Source: a virus (lineage: Duplodnaviria > Caudoviricetes). From it: a DNA stretch of 52,385 nt. Below, one piece after another: positions 47,326 to 52,385 of the stretch. The position numbers and the translations under genes were made by a program. The stretch is taken from IMG/VR virus record IMGVR_UViG_3300035070_002282, positions 1 through 52,385 of that record. One strand, written 5' to 3'. How positions within the stretch are numbered: position 1 is the stretch's first letter; each line of letters begins with the position of its first letter. Below the pieces are notes generated by a model. That model saw nothing but the letters and a program-made list of their open reading frames with translations, was not told the origin of the DNA and did no database searches.

Positions 47326-48693
47326 TTATGTCCAGGTGCCATCTTTGGCTACGCGAGTCCAGTTGTTGTCTGAATGGCAAAAGTAAATATAATCAGCATC
47401 GCCTGAAACTTGTCCTGCTTTACCTGTAGCAGTAGGACCAGTTGGAACTGCAACAACAGTTGTTACTGTTTTAAAAGTAGTTCCGTCAAAGATTACAGGA
47501 GCATCGCGATCACCGCCATAACCAATTGAACCTTCTTGAGCAATTGCACCAAATCCTGCTAGTTCTGCTTCACTAGCATTATAAAACTTAACCGCAGTAC
47601 CTGCATCAAACACCCCATCAGGTTGGAACGCAAATTGACGATAGAGCCCGTCAGCGTTTAGCACACTAATTTGTAGTTTCGAACTAAAGTTTCCGCCACC
47701 AATGTCAGATTCAACAGTTGAACGTAATACACTTGCTTTTTTATATTCTGCACCATTATAAGCTTCGAAGATCATTGAACCAATTGTATCTGTGTTTATT
47801 ACAGAATTTGGCGTAGTTCCGGTGTATCGAGCAGAGTTAATTACAAAGTCTGTTCCTTGGTCACTATCTGCTATACCTCTAAGTGTTAATGGATTATTTG
47901 CCCCATCAATTAGAAATGCCTGTCTTGCGCTTGGAGAACCGATAGCAACAAGCGGCTCAAGTGATGGTAATAGCGAGTCATAATTATTAGCTACTTCTGA
48001 ACCACTAATAATGCTGCCTGCTAGAGACATTGTTCCGTTGCTAATATTACCACTAATGCCGTCAACTAGTGTAACTGAATCGTCGCCAAATACTGAGCCT
48101 TTAATACCAGCTGCTTCAACTAAGCCGGCTACAGTTAAGTCTCCGGTAGTGCCGTTGTAAATAACTGTACTGTCTGATTGAATAATACTTCCGTCTGTTA
48201 CAATATTTTCTGCAACTAGTTGACCGTTAATTGTTGCACCTGCACTAGTTAATTCACCAGTAGCAGTAATTGTTTCAGTTGTAATAGTTTGTACATGCAA
48301 GTTTCTCCAGGAAGCTGCACCGTCACCTAAGTCGTATGCGTTTGTCATCTTAGGAGTTAATGAACTGCTAATTTGTCCACCAATAATAATGTTATCTTCA
48401 ACACCATCGCCTAGATTAATATTACCACTAGCAGTAATAGTACCAGTAATATTAATATTACCTGTTCCTACAATGTTATTGCTATTGAGATCTAAATCTC
48501 CGCCTAGCTGTGGTGATGTGTCGTCTTTAACCTCACCGGAAACAATTACGCCTCCTGGTATTAGGTCGTTAGTTACACTGTCTCTTGCGCCAACATACAA
48601 CTTATTAGTGTCTGTAGCAAAAACGATTTCGCCTTCTACAAACCCAATGCCTTGTCTTTCAGCGTCCGTTCCTCGTCTTACTTGTAATGCCAT
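47326..48693 (-). CDS. tail fibre/virion appendage protein
   Basis: N-terminal MALQVRRGT...GE+.+.TDT.KLYVG; 'DTSPQLGGDLDLN'; 'YDLG....W..L+V'; C-terminal 'P......G..GQ...D..Y+Y.C...N.W.RV'. Confidence 0.75.
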   Translation of the reverse strand: MALQVRRGTDAERQGIGFVEGEIVFATDTNKLYVGARDSVTNDLIPGGVIVSGEVKDDTSPQLGGDLDLNSNNIVGTGNINITGTITASGNINLGDGVEDNIIIGGQISSSLTPKMTNAYDLGDGAASWRNLHVQTITTETITATGELTSAGATINGQLVAENIVTDGSIIQSDSTVIYNGTTGDLTVAGLVEAAGIKGSVFGDDSVTLVDGISGNISNGTMSLAGSIISGSEVANNYDSLLPSLEPLVAIGSPSARQAFLIDGANNPLTLRGIADSDQGTDFVINSARYTGTTPNSVINTDTIGSMIFEAYNGAEYKKASVLRSTVESDIGGGNFSSKLQISVLNADGLYRQFAFQPDGVFDAGTAVKFYNASEAELAGFGAIAQEGSIGYGGDRDAPVIFDGTTFKTVTTVVAVPTGPTATGKAGQVSGDADYIYFCHSDNNWTRVAKDGTWT

Positions 48694-48728
48694 TTAATAT
48701 GCTCCTGGAAACATTCAATCTTATAATG

Positions 48729-48736
48729 TATTTATG
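48729..48736 (-). promoter_or_regulatory. T4-like late promoter (CATAAATA)
   Basis: Intergenic, upstream of AGGAG RBS and ATG 48693. Confidence 0.7.
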
Positions 48737-48745
48737 CCTTTAAGA

Positions 48746-49051
48746 CTACTTACGCTTCTTCATAAAAATATTAGTGCGCTTTTTAATATCTTCTTTGACT
48801 CGTTGGGTATCGAGTCTAAAATCAACACTAGAAATCTCGTCTTGGTATTCGTCCATTAATCCTTCAATGGCACTTTCAATGTCAATACCCTCCGGATTCT
48901 TTTGAGGATCTATTTCCCAAATTTTTCCGTCATTGAATGTCACTCTTATGGATTGTAAGTATTCAATCGGTACAACGTCTATACTTACATCTTTAAGAAC
49001 TTCAGGCCAATGATCGATAACTTCTTGAGGTAACTTTTTTCCGTTAGCCAC
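48746..49051 (-). CDS. hypothetical protein
   Basis: GTG 49051 start preferred (overlaps the upstream stop). Confidence 0.6.
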   Translation of the reverse strand: MANGKKLPQEVIDHWPEVLKDVSIDVVPIEYLQSIRVTFNDGKIWEIDPQKNPEGIDIESAIEGLMDEYQDEISSVDFRLDTQRVKEDIKKRTNIFMKKRK

Positions 49052-49685
49052 TTTTCTTGGTCTTTTTCTTGGTCGGCACAAGCTCTTCAGCTTGTCTACG
49101 CAATGCAGCAGCTTCTTTACTCATACGATCTGCATCACTTCTATATTTAGCCGCGAGCTCTTCGTCGGTTAATACAGTGTCTTGCGCTAATGCTGCCGCT
49201 TCAACTACTGCTTGCGGAGCGTCTAAATCAATTTCTTCTAAAACAACATCTTCATTTTTAGTAGCTGCTTGTGCTGCTTTAGCTTCAGTTGACTGTGACG
49301 GATCGGTAATTGCTAAGTCTGCAATTGTAATACCTTTTTGACTAGCAATCAGTTGATTAAGTTCTGCTAAATTAACAGTATTATGATTGTCCGGAGTCAT
49401 TTCAACATCACCTTGACTTACTTTTACCATCTTGCCTGTTGCATGAAAACGTGCTAACATGTTTGCACCGTCAGGTAACCGTGTACGAGCCATAACTTCT
49501 GCAAACTCATTAGCAGACTGTCCTGCATCTGATTCTACAGCTTTAATTAGAGCATCATGCTCTTCAGCCATAAGATTTTCAGTTGTTACTACTACTGCAT
49601 TTTCTGTATCGTTAGGCAATACTCTGTATGCAACGATAACTTTTCTTTTATTCTGGACCATACGGCCTACGTGTTTAATAGCCAT
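49044..49685 (-). CDS. hypothetical protein with C-terminal coiled coil and basic tail
   Basis: AGGAG RBS; 213 aa. Confidence 0.7.
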   Translation of the reverse strand: MAIKHVGRMVQNKRKVIVAYRVLPNDTENAVVVTTENLMAEEHDALIKAVESDAGQSANEFAEVMARTRLPDGANMLARFHATGKMVKVSQGDVEMTPDNHNTVNLAELNQLIASQKGITIADLAITDPSQSTEAKAAQAATKNEDVVLEEIDLDAPQAVVEAAALAQDTVLTDEELAAKYRSDADRMSKEAAALRRQAEELVPTKKKTKKSG

Positions 49686-49687
49686 TA

Positions 49688-49939
49688 CTATTCTCCTTGT
49701 GCTTCCTGTTGCTGTTGTGCTTGTACAGCAGTTAGGAATGCTTCTAATTTGTTATAAACAGTTCCAACCTGTGCCATTTCATTTGGCTTAAAGGTGCCAC
49801 GCTGACTTGCAACATCAATAATTGCTTTCAGTGAAGACAGGTCTTGTACAGTAAGTTCTGGACCAGCTGGTGCTTGTGCTTGTGCAGCCGGTGCTTCGGT
49901 AGCAACAGCAGATTCTTTAGTTGTGTTCTCTTCGCTCAT
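49688..49939 (-). CDS. hypothetical protein
   Basis: AGGAG RBS; A/Q-rich N-terminus followed by a helical core. Confidence 0.7.
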   Translation of the reverse strand: MSEENTTKESAVATEAPAAQAQAPAGPELTVQDLSSLKAIIDVASQRGTFKPNEMAQVGTVYNKLEAFLTAVQAQQQQEAQGE

Positions 49940-49971
49940 TTAATGATTCTCCTAAAATTAAGTGCGCATAT

Positions 49972-49979
49972 TATTTACT
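49972..49979 (-). promoter_or_regulatory. T4-like late promoter (AGTAAATA)
   Basis: Overlaps the stop codon of the upstream gene; precedes ATG 49939. Confidence 0.55.
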
Positions 49980-50268
49980 TGTATTTCAAATATGGACACG
50001 CCAAAGTGAAATAAGAAAGTTCTTTCGGATTTTCAAAAGCTATTTCAATACCTTTTTGAAATTGGTTGTTACTATCTAATGATGTAACATTTCCAACATA
50101 GAATCGACCTTTTAAATGATCATGTATCCATTTAACAATAGTCTGTTCTAAGTTGTAAATTTGTTGATCGATTGTTATCTTTTCAAAGTGCGGCGAAGGC
50201 ACTTGTAGTTGCCTTACACCATAAAAGTTTAGTGGATTAGGATCACGTATGTTACGCGGCATTGTCAT
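49975..50268 (-). CDS. hypothetical protein
   Basis: 97-aa ORF overlapping the upstream gene. Confidence 0.6.
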   Translation of the reverse strand: MTMPRNIRDPNPLNFYGVRQLQVPSPHFEKITIDQQIYNLEQTIVKWIHDHLKGRFYVGNVTSLDSNNQFQKGIEIAFENPKELSYFTLACPYLKYK

Positions 50269-51595
50269 AGTGTGCAGTTACTCCGAATGGTGATTCTAAG
50301 TTCTTGTCATGGTGCGAGTGAATAATAAACACTGTATCGCAGTAGTCCTCATCGCCCCAGCTACCCCAGGGATATCCGTCTGTAAACATAAGAAACTTCT
50401 TAGGTGTAATGTCGTTCTCTTTCATATAATGCCAGTTAACGTCAAAGTCAGTACCGCCGCCGCCTATAATATCGTAGTCTAACAAGTCCTCGCCACCGTC
50501 TGCACTAAAGTCCTGTTCGTTGTACACCTTAGTGTCAAAGCACCAAATTTTAATATTGTAATCCGGATACTCATCCATAATACCTTTGATCTCACTTAAG
50601 AAGTCACGTGCTTGTTCATCACCAATTGAACCGCTCATGTCTAGTGAAATGCATAGATCAATTGTTTCATCAAAGTCCATGCTTGGCAAAATAGCACCGC
50701 TCATTTGTCCTTTACGTGAAGGACGGCTAAACGTGTAGTCGCTACGGATAGTACTTTGGATCTGCTGACGTAGTATTTGCCGCCAATCCATTTTAGGCTC
50801 TGTAAGCTCTTTGATCATACGCTGAATTTCAGCAGGTGTATTTCCAGCGCCGGCGGCTTGAGCGGCACTAAGCATAGACTCTTTGATCTCATCTTTGATC
50901 TTACCCATTTCATCTTTTGAGTACTTTGGGCGACCGTTGCTTACATTATTGCCATCTTTGTCTTTGCCTTCTTGATCGCCACCGTCTTCACCATTATCGT
51001 CCATGTCAAGGTGTTCGTCGAGCATTTCGCCAAGTTGTTTTAAAAACTCTTCGCCGTTCTTTTTTGCATCTTTAAATAGCTTATCGTAAACGTCTTCACT
51101 AGACCAACCTTCGTACTGAAAGTCTTGGTAACAGTCAACAATTTTAGGTGATGTTCCAATGCGATCACGCACTAGCAAATTATTAACAATATAGTCTGCG
51201 GCAATATTGTAAAGCATAGGATTACGATCTTCACGCCGTCCTAAGTGATCAAATACACAATGTAAAATTTCATGTGCAACCACAAATTCAATTTCTTTAT
51301 TATCCATTGCATTAAAGAATTGAGTGTTGTAATAAAGGTTGCGTCCGTCTACTGCGGCAGTACCTAACCAATCATCTGCGGCTAAAATTTTAAGACGTGT
51401 TGCCATATTGCCAAAGAAAGGATGGCGTAGAAGCAACCCTACTCGTGCAACAATAATACGATCGAGTACAGTTTTACGCATTTCCACAAGAGCGTCTTCT
51501 GTAATATTAGGATCTGGCTCCCAATTTTTAAGTTTACTCTGAGTTTTACTTGCAGACATCTGCATAGCTACATACTGTGGTAAAAAATCTAACAT
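50252..51595 (-). CDS. metallopeptidase-like (HExxH) plus VWA domain protein
   Basis: HEILH; acidic linker; MIDAS DMSGS, GGGGT, FTDG. Confidence 0.88.
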   Translation of the reverse strand: MLDFLPQYVAMQMSASKTQSKLKNWEPDPNITEDALVEMRKTVLDRIIVARVGLLLRHPFFGNMATRLKILAADDWLGTAAVDGRNLYYNTQFFNAMDNKEIEFVVAHEILHCVFDHLGRREDRNPMLYNIAADYIVNNLLVRDRIGTSPKIVDCYQDFQYEGWSSEDVYDKLFKDAKKNGEEFLKQLGEMLDEHLDMDDNGEDGGDQEGKDKDGNNVSNGRPKYSKDEMGKIKDEIKESMLSAAQAAGAGNTPAEIQRMIKELTEPKMDWRQILRQQIQSTIRSDYTFSRPSRKGQMSGAILPSMDFDETIDLCISLDMSGSIGDEQARDFLSEIKGIMDEYPDYNIKIWCFDTKVYNEQDFSADGGEDLLDYDIIGGGGTDFDVNWHYMKENDITPKKFLMFTDGYPWGSWGDEDYCDTVFIIHSHHDKNLESPFGVTAHYDNAA

Positions 51596-51628
51596 TTTGC
51601 GCCTCTCATTGTTCTAACTTATGTATAT

Positions 51629-51656
51629 ATTATAACATATTTACACTAGATGTCAA
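51629..51656 (-). promoter_or_regulatory. sigma70-type promoter TTGACA-16-TATAAT with extended -10 (TGn)
   Basis: tgtcaa 51651-56 and attata 51629-34 on + strand; TGT precedes TATAAT on -. Confidence 0.7.
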
Positions 51657-51660
51657 GAAG

Positions 51661-51684
51661 AAATGGGCCAATTAAGGCCCATTT
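51661..51684 (-). terminator. stem-loop downstream of the AAA ATPase gene
   Basis: aaatgggcc-aattaa-ggcccattt inverted repeat; TTTCTTCTT pyrimidine run on -. Confidence 0.7.
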
Positions 51685-51692
51685 TCTGTCAT

Positions 51693-52385
51693 TTATTGTG
51701 AAGCAGCCTTAATGTACTTGCCAAAACGGTCGTGGAATTCATCAAAACATTCTACTTCATCTGGATCAATAGGCAATGAATATTTTGTAATTGCCAATTT
51801 AACACCCATTACAACTAGCTCAGTTTCAAAATTGTCCATCATAAAACGTAAGAAGTTATTAACCTTGTCATCAAACTTCTTGTCATTTTTATCAGATGCT
51901 TCACGAAGTTCGTAGCACAAAGATACAGTCAAAGAGTACATAGCACTAATTTCTTTAGTGTTAAGCTCTTTTACTTTGCCGTCCAAAATATCGCTCGGGT
52001 TAGGCATGCTAGACGCAACTTTACGGTGCGCCATAAATTTAACAGCAAGTCCTTCGCCAATGGCACCTGACACAAGGTCTGTCATTGTAGTTTCAGGAAG
52101 ATTGTCTTCGAGCAACTCGGATACAAAAGACCACGAACGAGGCGTTGCAAAAGAGCGGCTAGGTGACTTAGGATCAAAGTCGTACAAGTCTTTCTTAGCA
52201 AAGGTTAAGTAACCTACTACGTCCTTGTGTTGACTGTTGTCTACTGCCCAGCTAAACCAGTCATCAAAGCTAACAGCAAGTTCCAAGTGAATAAAGCGGT
52301 TAGCCAACGGAGCAGGCATACGATAAGTAACACCTTTGTCAGCTTCGCGGTTACCTGCCGCAACAATCATAACATTGTCTGGCAG
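51693..52385 (-). CDS. MoxR-like AAA+ ATPase, 5'-truncated by window edge
   Basis: IVAAGN (sensor I), PLANRF (Arg finger), TPRSW (sensor II); frame open to the window end; adjacent VWA gene. Confidence 0.88.
   Translation of the reverse strand: MPDNVMIVAAGNREADKGVTYRMPAPLANRFIHLELAVSFDDWFSWAVDNSQHKDVVGYLTFAKKDLYDFDPKSPSRSFATPRSWSFVSELLEDNLPETTMTDLVSGAIGEGLAVKFMAHRKVASSMPNPSDILDGKVKELNTKEISAMYSLTVSLCYELREASDKNDKKFDDKVNNFLRFMMDNFETELVVMGVKLAITKYSLPIDPDEVECFDEFHDRFGKYIKAASQ

Noticed and set aside
216-52212. Many short opposite-strand or alternate-frame ORFs in the track (e.g. 4747-5277, 8524-9072, 31452-31922, 49459-49791)
   Set aside because: They are nested in longer motif-bearing genes and lack recognisable RBSs or motifs; these are shadow ORFs.
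1-52385. CRISPR arrays, tRNA/rRNA genes, integrases, homing endonucleases, introns/inteins, DGR repeats
   Set aside because: None seen. Intergenic gaps are under ~100 nt and are explained by promoters, hairpins or the small ORF; no long nucleotide repeats were noticed by eye.
1-52385. Alternative genetic code
   Set aside because: Long ORFs tile the window with the standard code, and TAA, TGA and TAG all occur as stops.

Overview
This window is a gene-dense, AT-rich segment that looks like part of a large tailed phage (T4-like/jumbo myovirus type). The evidence is virion structural genes, T4-type TAAATA late promoters, consensus sigma70 promoters and no cellular housekeeping genes. It has three parts. 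(1) 1-10209: a baseplate/tail-fibre module, made of the 3' part of a giant structural protein, three paralogous fibre proteins (one with a tail-collar domain, one with a chaperone/peptidase-G2-like C-terminus) and a short tail protein. (2) ~10286-47280: a ~37 kb island of about 40 tailoring enzymes. By my motif reading it holds 8 radical SAM proteins (7 with SPASM/twitch-type Cys domains, 1 B12-binding), about 11 2OG-Fe(II)/AspH/TauD-like oxygenases, about 7 glycosyltransferase-like proteins, a GDP-mannose 3,5-epimerase-like enzyme, 3 methyltransferases, 2 SGNH-fold proteins, a flavin-dependent halogenase, a truncated acyl-adenylate ligase, a GNAT-like protein, a minimal kinase, a CX5R phosphatase, 2 beta-propellers and an unannotated 30-aa basic peptide. 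The island is bracketed by tail genes, and its right half is wired to late promoters, which suggests a virion/glycan decoration pathway (inference). (3) 47326-52385: a further fibre gene, small hypothetical genes and a MoxR AAA+/VWA-metallopeptidase pair. Two RBS-sequestering hairpins overlapping promoters mark the island boundaries. All functional calls come from motif recognition by eye; no searches were run.
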